DNA of 64,000 bases from an uncultured Phycisphaerales bacterium (GTDB lineage: Bacteria > Planctomycetota > Phycisphaerae > Tepidisphaerales > Tepidisphaeraceae): assembly GCA_963844715.1 (NCBI GenBank), contig CAWJPJ010000007.1, forward strand, positions 1,344,001-1,408,000, read 5' to 3'. Position 1 is the first letter of the stretch. Each line of letters begins with the position of its first letter. A program made the position numbers and the translations under genes. Under the pieces are notes generated by a model. That model was not told the DNA's origin and did no database searches. It was given only the letters and a program-made list of their open reading frames with translations. Positions 11,857-22,582 of this stretch are shown here, piece after piece.

Positions 11857-12789
11857 ATGAAGGTCTCGGCCTGTGTTAACAGTTACGTGGAGTACCGCCA
11901 ATCACTGGGCATTGGTTTTTGCAGAGAAAAAGGCCTGCTCCACGCCTTTGCCCGAGCCGTTGGCGATGTCGAGCTGCGGCGCGTGACTCCTCAAACAGTG
12001 CGCCGCTATCTCGATGGAGATGGCCCCGTCACCAACTATTGGCTCTCCAAGTATCATGCCCTGGCCGGTTTTTATCGGTTTGCGATCAGCCGCAAGTACG
12101 CATCGGCGTCTCCGTTGCCGCGGGACAAGCCTCGTCGGCAGTGGTCGTTCATTCCCTACATTTATTCGGTCGCGGAGATGAAGTCGCTCTTGGAAGCGAC
12201 CAGTCAGCGGTATCGCAACTGTTGGTTACTCAGCCCAGCCACCATGAGAACGATTCTGTTGCTGCTATATGGCAGCGGGCTTCGCATCAGCGAAGCGTTG
12301 GCGCTGAATGTGGAAGACGTGGACCTGCGGGCGAGCATCCTTACCATCCGCCAGACCAAGTTCTACAAAAGCCGGCTGGTGCCGATCGGCGCTGACCGGC
12401 GCAGTCTGCTGATCGCCTACCAAGGCAAGCATCGCGCCGGCGACGCCGGCAATGACAAGCCGTTTCTAACCGATCGCACGGGACGGCGGATTGCCAAGCA
12501 GACCGCGCAACACAGCTACAAGCTCCTGCGCGAACAGATTGGAATCCGCCGACCAACCAGCTTTTTCTTTCAGCCGAGGTTGCATGATCTGCGGCATACC
12601 TTCGCTGTGAACCGGCTGATTAGCTGGTACCGCGCGGGCAAGAACGTTCAGCAATTACTACCACGCTTGGCGACGTATCTGGGCCATCGCAGCGTTCGCG
12701 AGACGCAGGTTTATCTGCAACTGACCAGCGAACTGGCCCAGGAGGCAAGCTCTCTCTTCCGCAACTACGCCTTACCGATGGCAGGATGA
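11857..12789 (+). CDS. tyrosine recombinase, RitB-like
   Basis: 'LLYGSGLRISEA', 'TKFYKSRLVP', 'HDLRHTFAVNRLISWYR', 'YLGH...TQVYL'. Confidence 0.9.
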   Translation: MKVSACVNSYVEYRQSLGIGFCREKGLLHAFARAVGDVELRRVTPQTVRRYLDGDGPVTNYWLSKYHALAGFYRFAISRKYASASPLPRDKPRRQWSFIPYIYSVAEMKSLLEATSQRYRNCWLLSPATMRTILLLLYGSGLRISEALALNVEDVDLRASILTIRQTKFYKSRLVPIGADRRSLLIAYQGKHRAGDAGNDKPFLTDRTGRRIAKQTAQHSYKLLREQIGIRRPTSFFFQPRLHDLRHTFAVNRLISWYRAGKNVQQLLPRLATYLGHRSVRETQVYLQLTSELAQEASSLFRNYALPMAG

Positions 12790-13799
12790 TGACACAAAAA
12801 AGCGTTTTACTGGGTACGTGGATTCGCCGTTTCCTTCTGGAACATCTGGTTGCCGAACGCAATTTATCGCGCAACGCACAGCGCAGTTATCGCGATGCCT
12901 TCGCTCAGTTGATGCCTTTCGTCTCCAAGAAGACAGGTGCGGCGGTGGATCGCCTGACAGTCGATGCGCTCTCGCCTGATCGGTTGCGAAGCTTTTTGTC
13001 ACACCTGGAATCAGAGCGCAAATGCACCATACGTACTCGCAACCAGCGGCTTGCCGCCATCCACGCCTTCGCTCGCTTTGTCGCCGACCATGCACCCGAA
13101 CACATCGCCTGGTGCTCGGCAATCCGGGTTATTCCATCGAAGCGGTTCCATCGACCGGCGCTGTGCTATCTCGATAAGCCGGAGATTGACGCTCTGATCG
13201 CCGCGCCGGATGTTGCGCGCCAGATTGGTCGCCGCGATCATGCACTGCTGCTGTTTTTGTACAACACCGGCGCCCGCGTGAGCGAGGCAGTTGCGGTGAC
13301 GCTGGCTGATATCGAACGCCGCGCCGATGGCGCCGGATCGGTGCGCTTGGTTGGCAAGGGGAACAAAACTCGATTTTGTCCGCTCTGGCCCACGACGATC
13401 GACAAGCTCAAGGAACTGGCTGACAACCGCGCCCAAGGCGAAAAACTGTTCTTAAACCAACGCGGCGAGCCGCTCACACGTTTCGGCGTTCATGCGTTGG
13501 TGTCGCGGCACGTCGACGCGGCCAGCAGGAAAGTCGCAACGCTGGCCAGGAAGCGAGTCGGGCCGCACACGATCCGCCACACCACCGCAACACATCTACT
13601 GCGCGCTGGCGTGGACATCAACACCATTCGCGCCTGGCTTGGTCACGTGTCAATCAATACGACCAACGTGTACGCCGAGATCGACTTGGAAACCAAAGCA
13701 AAAATGCTCGCCACATGCGAGCTCACTGGGCCAAGGTCGTCCAAACGCAAATCATGGAAAGCCAATCCAAAACTGATGGAGTTCTTGCAGGCATTGTAA
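12786..13799 (+). CDS. tyrosine recombinase, RitC-like
   Basis: 'LFLYNTGARVSE', 'GKGNKTR', 'HTIRHTTATHLL', 'WLGHVSINTTNVY'; 4-bp overlap with the previous gene. Confidence 0.9.
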   Translation: MMTQKSVLLGTWIRRFLLEHLVAERNLSRNAQRSYRDAFAQLMPFVSKKTGAAVDRLTVDALSPDRLRSFLSHLESERKCTIRTRNQRLAAIHAFARFVADHAPEHIAWCSAIRVIPSKRFHRPALCYLDKPEIDALIAAPDVARQIGRRDHALLLFLYNTGARVSEAVAVTLADIERRADGAGSVRLVGKGNKTRFCPLWPTTIDKLKELADNRAQGEKLFLNQRGEPLTRFGVHALVSRHVDAASRKVATLARKRVGPHTIRHTTATHLLRAGVDINTIRAWLGHVSINTTNVYAEIDLETKAKMLATCELTGPRSSKRKSWKANPKLMEFLQAL

Positions 13800-13885
13800 A
13801 AAATTATGTGGTCACAACAGCCTATCGCGTCCAGGGAAGCCACTGGTTGGTGTGATCTGACAACATAAATATACTCAACACATAA

Positions 13886-14525
13886 GGCTTGAACAATATG
13901 ACTGTGAACAATGTCACCTTCAACGGGACGACTTACGGATTGCGCCTGAAAGCCGGTCGCGGCAATGGAGGATCGGTGACGAATGTCACCTACAACGACA
14001 TCAGCATGCCCAATATCGGGACGCCGATCCAGCTTTCAAGTTGGTACAACGCCACCAGCGGATCCGATGCGTGGCCCTCGACGGCGGCCAACGCAGGCAC
14101 GGCCGCGGTGAATTCGACCACCCCGTTCTGGAGCAATATCACGTTTTCAAACATCACTGTGAATACCGCGGCGCAAAAGTCGTCGATTTATGCGCTCCCC
14201 AAAGCGCCCGCGCAGAACATTCAGTTCATCAATGACAACCTGGGCGACAGCGATTTGCAGGTGAATTATGCGGGGTTCAGCGGCGCCTACGATCCCACCC
14301 TGGTGCCGGGGGTTGAGGTGTTGCTGGAGAATACGACGATCGATCGCCGCCTGGTGACTTCCGCGGCGGATCTGACCAACAGCGATATATTCGTTCAACC
14401 TACCAACGGGATGATCGAGGCGGACATCGCGGTGGTGGTCCCGGAGCCCAGCTGTGGATTTCTTATCGCGGGGGCAGCCCTTATGCTCTTGCGGCGAGGC
14501 CTGCGCAAGCGGCACGAAAACATGA
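13886..14525 (+). pseudogene. GH28 PEP-CTERM protein copy 3, 3' part (end approximate)
   Basis: Resumes at 'GLNNMTVNNVTF...RLKAGRGNGG' and ends with VVPEPSCGFLIAGAALMLLRRGLRKR. Confidence 0.88.
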
Positions 14526-14842
14526 ACCTCCGCCTGCGCCCGGCGCGGCATGCCCCGCGCAAATCGCATCGGCGGAATGGCCCTTTCATTTGCCGCGTTT
14601 ATCCCGGGCGTTACCGTTCACCTGGCATTCTTCTTTGTCGGATTCGGCTGTGGATCGCACTCATGCTCGCCAATCGCGGGTGCCCCTCCTGCGACTGGAT
14701 ATTTGCCACGTATTTATTGGACTGCATCGGTTCGGAATCGATTGGCAATTCCGGGGTTGTGGGGTATATCCATAGTGGGAAGCGGGGTTTCAAATTGCCT
14801 GTCGGTGTGGGCCTCTCGACACGACCTTTTGGGAGGCTTCGT

Positions 14843-15070
14843 ATGGGCAAAATCCAACAACCGATGCTGTTTCCGATGATCCCGGAAAGCGGCCGGCCGC
14901 GCTCGGGCAAAGCCCCCGCGCAGCCGCAGCCAACCGGGAGTTCGGCGGGAAGGCTATTCCTGGCTCTGGTTGCGCTGGGCTTGTTCGCGGCGATGGGATA
15001 TTTAGCGGGCATGATCATCAAAATGCTCAATCTTCCGATGCCAAGATGGCCGTTTAGCATCTGGCAGTAG
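14843..15070 (+). CDS. small single-TM hypothetical protein
   Basis: GGGAGG SD before ATG 14843; hydrophobic segment 'LFLALVALGLFAAMGYLAGMII'. Confidence 0.55.
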   Translation: MGKIQQPMLFPMIPESGRPRSGKAPAQPQPTGSSAGRLFLALVALGLFAAMGYLAGMIIKMLNLPMPRWPFSIWQ

Positions 15071-15384
15071 GTTCATTTCGCGGTCGCCGGTCGGGCGCCT
15101 TGTAGTCCCAGGGGAATTCCCTGGGTATCCACTGATAGGGAAACGCTCCAATTTGCTGGTGCAGCGGCGGTCTTCCTGCGCTACAATTAGAGCGGTTTGC
15201 GGCTCCGCGTAGCGAGCCAGTTGGCCTCGGCTGCAACGAAGGCAAGGATGAGCGACGAAGCGTATTAGAGTTCCGCCAGTTTCCGCAGGATGGAGCGAAG
15301 ACACGGCATCCGATGCAGCCGTGGACAAATGGCCGCTAGTTGGAGCGGCAGACCGCTTTGGGTCCGGACAGGGGCGAAAAATAG

Positions 15385-16551
15385 ATGGCGAGCCTAGTCA
15401 TACCATCCAACAACGGCCAGGTTGCCGCCGGCTCTTTCAAGGGCCGCGTGCTGATCGGCGCAAGCCATTTAACGGGGTTCAATTTGAGCAGCGGTCCATC
15501 TCCCGCATCCACGCCTGGATCGATGTGGACGGGAAGCGCTATTACGTCGCCGACGCCGCCAGCCGCGCCGGCACGACCGTGAACGGGCAGAAGGCGGCGG
15601 GCAAGGTTTATCTCCACGACGGCGACGTCATCGGCATCGGCTGCGAACGGCTCATTTTCCGAACCACCGACAAACTCCCCGATGGGGCCATCTCGTTCGG
15701 GATCAGTGAAAAAGGGACTAATCCGGACTTTAACGATCATGGCATTTTGATCCGTTGCCAGTGCGGGGCGCGCCTTGTGGGTTCCATCGAGCATGGCGGG
15801 CGCTTACGGGCACTGCGCCCATTGCAAGGGTGAGATCGACGTTCCGGGCACGCCGGCGTCGGGTTTGCGGCGGCCGCTGACGCCGAACGATTCGATCGCC
15901 GACATGCCCGCGATGGACGAGCTTGGGAACCTGAAGCGGCCGCACGATCCGCTGGCGGTGGATTTCCCGCACCCGCAACCCAAGGCGGATGTGAAGGACC
16001 AGATGTGCGGGATCTGCCAAAAGGCAATCAGTTCCGCACAGGCGAGTTTGAGCTGCCCGGCGTGCGCCCAGCCTTATCACGAGAAATGCTGGGAAGAGAA
16101 CGGCGGATGTGCGGCGTATGGCTGCGTGCAGGCGGGCATGATGATGCCGCTGCCTCCGGCCGCGCCGACGGAGCCGGCGCCGGCGCTGGCTCGGGCGACG
16201 GAAGCGCCGCCGATGCCCAAGCCGCAGAAGAAGGTGGTGCCGATCATGCCCGCCGCCCCCGCGGCGCGGCCCGCGCCGGTGCGGCAGTCGCCCGAGCATC
16301 TGGTCATCCCCTGGGACAAAGCCGTCCTCCTCGGCAGCGTCGTGGGCGTCATCCTCGGCACATTCACCTTCGGGGTTCCGTCGCTCGCCATGGCGGCGGC
16401 GGCGTTGGCCATGGCCATCCGCTGGAGAAGGGAAGACCTGCACAGCTCGCGGATTGCCGCGGTCGCGACGGCGATCTGCGTCATTGGAATTGCCATCGGG
16501 GTGTTCACGAGCATTTTGTTCTGGTTCAACGGGCCCACCGCTACCCGGTAG
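15385..16551 (+). CDS. FHA domain + Zn-ribbon + prokaryotic RING-like finger + 2 TM protein (two indels)
   Basis: FHA 'IGR...SISRIHAWI...DAASRAGTTVNG...LHDGDVIGIG'; 'CQCG...CAHC'; 'CGICQ...CPAC...YHEKCWEENGGCAAYGC'. Confidence 0.75.
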
Positions 16552-16604
16552 TACCGGTTAGCGGTAGAGCAGGGGAACAGGTGAGCAGGGGAGCGGGGGA
16601 GGGA

Positions 16605-16636
16605 TGTCTCACGGGGTGTCTCACGGGGTGTCTCAC
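16605..16636. repeat. 12-bp tandem repeat (tgtctcacgggg) x~3
   Basis: tgtctcac at 16605, 16617, 16629. Confidence 0.85.
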
Positions 16637-16921
16637 CTGCTCGATGGGTGGGACACGAACCGCGTTCCTGAGGTCGTGGCGCGGGGTGCTTGTCTCAGGA
16701 TGTCCCGAAATGTCCCATTCTTTTTTTGCTTGGCGGGATGGAGATTGTGGGGGAAGTGCGGCGGGGTCTGTTTTATTTTGAACAAATCTTTTGACGGGCC
16801 TCGAAATCGTAATCGCCCGGCATGCTGGCCCTAATCTTTGGATTTGATTCCGGAGCCAATCGGGCACCAGCGCCGCGCCGGCCCGAGCACGCTTGCCGCG
16901 GATCGGTGGCCTTCTTAATCT

Positions 16922-19900
16922 ATGACTATGGGGACAGACGCTGAATCGGAAGCCGTCGATGACCTTGTACGAGGATTTGCCAGTCACATTAAGGAATACA
17001 AGTCTAAGGGAACCAACGAAGCAGAAATTCGGCAGCAGTTCATCGATCCATTCTGGCGGCTGCTCGGATGGGACGTTGGCGACACGAAACACGTTGGTCC
17101 TTCAAGCGCCGAGGTAATAATCGAAAAGACGGTCGAGGTCGCAGAACCGACCGGTGTTCGTAGCCGAAGACCCGATTACATATTCCGGGTCGGAGGATTT
17201 GCTCGCTTCGTTGTCGAGGCGAAAAAACCCGCCGTTGATATCGACACGGACCGCGAATCGATATTTCAGGCAAAAATGTACGCCTGGAACGCGACGATCC
17301 CCTTCGCCATTTTGACTGATTTCGAGCAGTTCCGGCTATACGACACGACGCTTTGACCGATCCTCGACGAACCCGCGCGTGGTTTAGTCAGCGAGTTCAG
17401 TCTGGATTATCCGCAGTATTCTGCCCAATGGGATATTCTCATGGCGACCTTCTCGCGCGATTCGGTCGCCGCTGGCTCCCTGGAACAACTGCTGGCTAAG
17501 GTGAAGAAGTTAAAGGCCGGCCGCCGAATTAGGACAGTCGATCGTACTCTTTTCGATTTAAAAGGGATTGAGCCGGTTGATGATGTTTTCTTGAGCTTCC
17601 TCGACGCGCACAGGAAGCAATTAGCCAAAGCCATCTACGCCCAAAACGTCGCTGCATTCCCCGAGGCCGAGACCATTCATGGAGCCGCTAAGGTCACTGA
17701 AGCCGTTCAGCGCATCATGGACCGCCTTGTATTTATGCGCGTCCTGGAAGATCGGGGCGTAACGGCCTATGGACAGCTGCGCGAAAATTTGGACCGGATC
17801 GGCGTCGAGGGGGGAGAGTTTTATGACTCTTTGACCGCGACGTTCAGAGAACTTGATAGACGATTCAATGGGTATCTTTTCAAGCCCCATTTCTCGGACG
17901 AGCTTGAAGTGGATGGCTCAGTGCTCGCCGATTTTGTGCGAACACTATACCCCGCGGAGGGGCCATGGGATTTCAAAGAGATTGGCGTTGACATCTTAGG
18001 TACCGTCTACGAGAGGTTTCTCGGCGACGTTGTGACCGTCGCTGGGAAAAGCGTTGGTATCACACGGAAGCCCGCTGTTCGGCACAAGGGTGGGGTTTAT
18101 TACACGCCACGGTTTATCGTGGACTCGATCATTAGGCGTGTGGTAGGGCCTCGTCTGTCAGGAAGAACCCCTGCGGAAGTCTTGGAGGTTAGAATTCTCG
18201 ATCCAGCCTGTGGATCGGGGTCCTTTCTCACGGCCGCGTTGCAATACCTGTTCGATTATTGTCTTTCTGTCGTCCAAAAGGATCCGTCCCTTGCTAAAGC
18301 AGCGGTGCCCGCACTTTCTGCAGACTTCGGGACCAAGACCCGAAAGAAAAAATCGGAGATAGCGTTTCAGGATCGGCAGGGTCGATGGCACCTAGCCCCG
18401 GATTTCCGTGCGGCTCTACTGATTCATTGCATTCACGGGGTCGACATCGATCAGCAGGCCGTCGAGGTGACGGTAATGTCGCTTTACGTGAAAATGCTGG
18501 ATTCGGAGCTGCCCGAAAACTGGGCTACTCTTTGGGTGGAAAAACAGCTACTTCCATCCCTCGACAACAACGTGCGCTGCGGTAACTCGCTCATAGATGA
18601 ACAGAGCTATGACGCATTTGTCTCGCACCGCCACCGAACGCTGTTTAAGGAGGACGACGATGTCGCGTTTCGGATGAACCGCTTTGATTGGACGAGTCAG
18701 ACGAGGGGCTTTGGGAGGCTTTTAGATTCCACCTCGCAACGGCGAACTGGGCGGACCGGATTTGACTGCATTGTGGGAAATCCGCCCTATATTCGTGTCC
18801 AGGAACTCAGAAAATGGGCCTCAGAGGAGTCCGAGTTCTACAAATGGAAATACGAAAGCGCGCACCGGGGTAGCTTTGACATCTATATGATCTTTGTCGA
18901 AAGGTGTCTTAGTCTGTTGGCCAAGGGAGGGCTGCTTGGCTTCATCATGCCCCACAAATTCTGGCAGAATCGGGACGGATTCGCGCTGCGGCGCATCATC
19001 GCAGGCAGCAACCTACTTGTATCTGTTGTGGATTTTGGCGATCAACAAGTATTCAAAAACGCCACGACATATACGGCGATTCACGCCCTGGGCGAAAAAC
19101 GCGGTGATTTTGCCGTCGACGTGGCCCGCGTGAAGGAACTGGAAGACGGAGTCGCCCAATGTGCCGCGATTGACGCCGGGAAGCCGGCAAAAGGTGTCGT
19201 GCGTTTCCGCGCAACGATTCCGACGGATGGCACGGAGTGGCGGTTTCACGACGAGGCCACACAGGCATTCTTTAGGTCGCTCGTAAACGTCAGCGTGCCG
19301 CTATTCCCGGGCGTTTGCGATGCCGTGTTTCAGGGTATTGTCACCGGGGCAGATGACGTGTTCTTGTCCAACGACTGGCAAGCAACATCCCACGAATCCC
19401 CGGTTATGCTTGTTTCAATCAGAAATTGAGGGCACTTCGATTGAGATCGAGCGGTCAATAACGGTTCCGGTCGTGCGCCGCCAGGGATTTGAGGCATACC
19501 ACGTTGAGCGCGACCAATTGCTCATTCTTCCGTACGAGCGGGCAACGGAGGAACTTCTGCCGATGGATGAACTCTCGAGGAATTACCCGCTAACCTGGCG
19601 CTACTTACAGGCCCACAGGGAGGCGCTCGAACGTCGCGAGCGAGGGCGATTTCGTGATACTTGGTGGTGTCTTTCGCGCGCGCAAAACATTAGGCGTTGG
19701 ACAGGTGCGAAGGTTCTCGTCCCATATATGATCCAGCGCCTACAGGCGGTCGCGGACCTCACCGGAAGATTTTTCGTGAACGTCACGACGGGCGGCTATG
19801 GTCTTTCGGTGAAGCCGTCAGTTGCGGCGATCCTGGGCGAGAATTCCAACGATTTCTTAGTCGGACTGCTGAACAGCAAATTACTTGATTATGCGATGCG

Positions 19901-20183
19901 CCGCCTCAGCAATCATTTTCACGGGGGCTATTACCCAGCGAACAAGCAGTATCTGCAGCATCTCCCGGTGAAATTGCCACTCACCAGGCCCGAAAGGCTA
20001 TTGGCAGAGCGGATCAAGGAATCGGTGCGAATTATTGTGGATTCCGTTGCGGCGTTGAAGCGATCGTTATTGTCTGAGGGCGAGGCGCGACAGCTAAATT
20101 CGAGGATTGAAAGCAACCAAAAACGAATTGACGTTGCAGTACTCGATCTGTACGGCCTCAGTGCAGTTCCAGATGGTCAGTGA
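16922..20183 (+). pseudogene. type IIG-like fused restriction endonuclease/N6-adenine methyltransferase (in-frame TGA 17354-56; indel ~19417)
   Basis: N-terminal 'EAEIRQQFIDPFWRLLGWDV...PDY...VEAKK' nuclease; 'GVYYTPRFIV', 'LDPACGSGSF', 'GNPPY'; TaqI-C-like C-terminus. Confidence 0.85.
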
Positions 20184-20329
20184 ATATATTTTGCTGCTCG
20201 GCGGCAATTCGGCGGCGTGGTGCCACCGCGCGTCGGTGCGCACAACCCCAGCAGCCGGCGGATTACCAAGCATGCGCGGCTGTGAACCGTTGCGCCCTCG
20301 TCCCTCACACTGCCCACCGGTCCCCCGCG

Positions 20330-20485
20330 GCGCCGTTCATGGACGATGAAGAAAGGCAATCGATTAGGATTACGATTATGATGATGATTAGGAGGGGATG
20401 TCCAGTTCGGAGTTGCCGGGGGAGGGCGCGAAGGGGCGCGCTTGAGTGTGAAGGTGTGAAGGTGTGAAAGTGGGAAAGTGGGAAG
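20330..20485 (+). repeat. direct repeat unit A1 flanking the TA cassette
   Basis: 31-nt (20360-90) and 18-nt (20413-30) blocks identical to 22994-23024 and 23047-64, followed by gtgtgaaR 8-mers. Confidence 0.85.
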
Positions 20486-20623
20486 TGTCGGGGTCGGTGC
20501 GTAGCTCGTGTTTAATGCTCGCAAAATCAAAAAAAACACGCCGGTTTGACTGGTGGCTGGGATAGGCCGATAATTGAGTAGCGGCTTGCTTATCGCGGAA
20601 GAATGCGTCTTGTCGCGAGTTCT

Positions 20624-21193
20624 ATGCAACTCAGCTATCAATTCAATATCGAAAAAGCCGTGCAGGCGATGTCGTATTTCGCCCAGAAATTGGGCGAAGT
20701 CGAGAAGATCAAGCTCATCAAGCTGATTTACCTTGCCGATCGAGAACACTTCATTCGAACCGGAGCGCCGATTACCGGCGACAGGCAAGTGGCGATGCCT
20801 TACGGACCGGTTCCGTCCTGCACGCTGGACCTTATCAATGGGCTGGTTGACGGGGCCGATCAACTCGCGTATCGATACTTGACCGTCAAGAATAACAAGA
20901 TTCGTCCGCATAAATCGGCAGGCACTTCGGCCCTCTCAGACGACGAGCTCGACACCCTTAAGAAAATATTTAAAGAGCATGGCAAGAAGAATGCCTGGGC
21001 GCTGGCTAGTGAGACCCATCGTTTGCCCGAGTACATCGCCTGCTATGTTGAGGGTACGTCCACTCCGATCCCATACGAGTGCATCGCGCAAGTGTCGGGT
21101 GACAAACGTCGATTCCGCCACGACCGGGTAGTCATTCCGGGGGAGTTGCTTGCGTCGATGAAGCAGACCATCGGGCCGGGATCTGATCTCTAG
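20624..21193 (+). CDS. Panacea-domain (DUF4065/SocA-like) antitoxin
   Basis: 'KLIKLIYLADREH...PITGD...AMPYGPV...L...TH' pattern. Confidence 0.85.
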   Translation: MQLSYQFNIEKAVQAMSYFAQKLGEVEKIKLIKLIYLADREHFIRTGAPITGDRQVAMPYGPVPSCTLDLINGLVDGADQLAYRYLTVKNNKIRPHKSAGTSALSDDELDTLKKIFKEHGKKNAWALASETHRLPEYIACYVEGTSTPIPYECIAQVSGDKRRFRHDRVVIPGELLASMKQTIGPGSDL

Positions 21194-22568
21194 CAGGACG
21201 CTGAAAAACTCGGGAGTTGGCGCATTTTCCTGTCTGTTGGCCGCTTTTCAATGGCGGGTTCCATCTCGGATCGTTCCAAGGGCTTCAGTTCGTTCGAGTT
21301 CGTTGGCGGATTGCATGCCCAGGTTGAGTTTCACACGGTACTCAGGTTGCGCATCCGGATCAGATTGAACGCCGCCCCGGCCAGGTGGGCCTGCTGGCCG
21401 GTTTTTGAATGTCCGATCAACCGGGTGCGATACAGGCCGCCGATCGTCTTGGCCCAGCCGATCCATTCCTCGATCTTCTTGCGGCAACGCTGGCTGATGG
21501 CGTAACCGAGGGTCTTGGCGCGCCGACGCATCCGCTGGCGGGCCGCGATGTTGGCTCGGTTCTTCCAGCGATAGGCGGCGGTGTCGCCGCCGATCTTGCC
21601 CTCCTTCACCGCCACGTGCGGACGGATTCTTCTTCGCTCCAGCCCACGCAACAGCGGACCCTGGTCGTACCCCTTGTCGGCCCCAACCGTCTTGGGTTTG
21701 AGCCCAAAACGTTTCTTGACCCGATCGATCAGCGACAACGCGGTGACCGGCTCGCTGTTCTCCAGCGGCGAGTTGACTTCCACCGCCAGCACCAGCCCGT
21801 GGCGGTTCTCCACGATCGCGTGCAGCGCATGGCTGAGCAACGCCGGCTTGCCGTCGCTCTTGCGGACCAGCTTCGCGTCGGAATCGGTGGTTGATTCGTG
21901 GGTGTCGTTGGACCGCTTCTGGCCGTGGAAGTCCACCTCGGCGTTGCGGCCCTTAAAACCGTTGTTATCTCCCGCATCATTGTCTTTTTTGTCCTTTTCA
22001 TCCCTGGGTTTGAAGCTCTTGATCGACGCATACGCCTCGATCAGCGAGCCATCCACCGAGAAGTGGTCGGGGCTGACCAGTCCCGCGGCGATGGCCCGAC
22101 GCACCGTGCCGTCGAAAAACGCGCCGATCAGCCCGTGCTCTTCCAGCCGCCCGCGATTGTGCGAGAAGACGGTGGCGTCGAATACCTCTTCGTCGATCCG
22201 CAGGTCCAAAAACCAACGGAACAGCAGGTCGTGATCAATCCGTTCCACGAGCTGCGCCTCGGAGCGAATCGAATAGATCGATTGCAAAAGCAACGCCTTG
22301 ATCAGCCGCTCCGGCGGCACGCTGGGCCGGCCTTCGGCCGCGTAGGCGGCATCAAAACGCCGACTCATGGCCTTCAAGTCTTCATCGACCATGCGCTTCA
22401 CGGCCCGCAGCGGATGATCAGGACGGACGCGTTGTTCCAGATCGATGGCCGCGATGAACAAAATGGATTGGGGATCGGCCTTGCCTCGCATGAATGACCT
22501 CCGTGTCTGGGTGTCACACAGTTCAGCGCCACCGAGAACATTCGTCAAGAGGGTTTTTCAGCGTCCTG
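21194..22568 (-). mobile_element. IS5-family insertion sequence, 16-bp perfect TIR, CTAG target duplication
   Basis: caggacgctgaaaaac (21194-209) / gtttttcagcgtcctg (22553-68); CTAG at 21190-93 and 22569-72. Confidence 0.92.
21331..22491 (-). CDS. IS5-family DDE transposase
   Basis: 'DHPLR...GRPSVPPERL...SIRSE', 'FSVDGSLIEA', 'GADKGYD', 'RKKIEEWIGWAK'. Confidence 0.92.
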   Translation of the reverse strand: MRGKADPQSILFIAAIDLEQRVRPDHPLRAVKRMVDEDLKAMSRRFDAAYAAEGRPSVPPERLIKALLLQSIYSIRSEAQLVERIDHDLLFRWFLDLRIDEEVFDATVFSHNRGRLEEHGLIGAFFDGTVRRAIAAGLVSPDHFSVDGSLIEAYASIKSFKPRDEKDKKDNDAGDNNGFKGRNAEVDFHGQKRSNDTHESTTDSDAKLVRKSDGKPALLSHALHAIVENRHGLVLAVEVNSPLENSEPVTALSLIDRVKKRFGLKPKTVGADKGYDQGPLLRGLERRRIRPHVAVKEGKIGGDTAAYRWKNRANIAARQRMRRRAKTLGYAISQRCRKKIEEWIGWAKTIGGLYRTRLIGHSKTGQQAHLAGAAFNLIRMRNLSTV

Positions 22569-22582
22569 CTAGAGCGCGATCG

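Larger units (their letters stand above)
10236..13885 (+). mobile_element. RIT (recombinase-in-trio) element
   Basis: Three adjacent tyrosine recombinases; imperfect IRs cttatgtgttgagtttagttatgt (10267-90) and acataaatatactcaacacataag (13863-86); excision restores the host frame. Confidence 0.9.

Noticed and set aside
13889..15070. 393-aa ORF as one protein
   Set aside because: It is the 3' half of GH28 copy 3 reading through its PEP-CTERM tail into a separate small gene that has its own SD.
17354..17356. Selenocysteine or alternative genetic code at the RM TGA
   Set aside because: TGA ends many normal genes in the window; no redox motif context and no evident SECIS.
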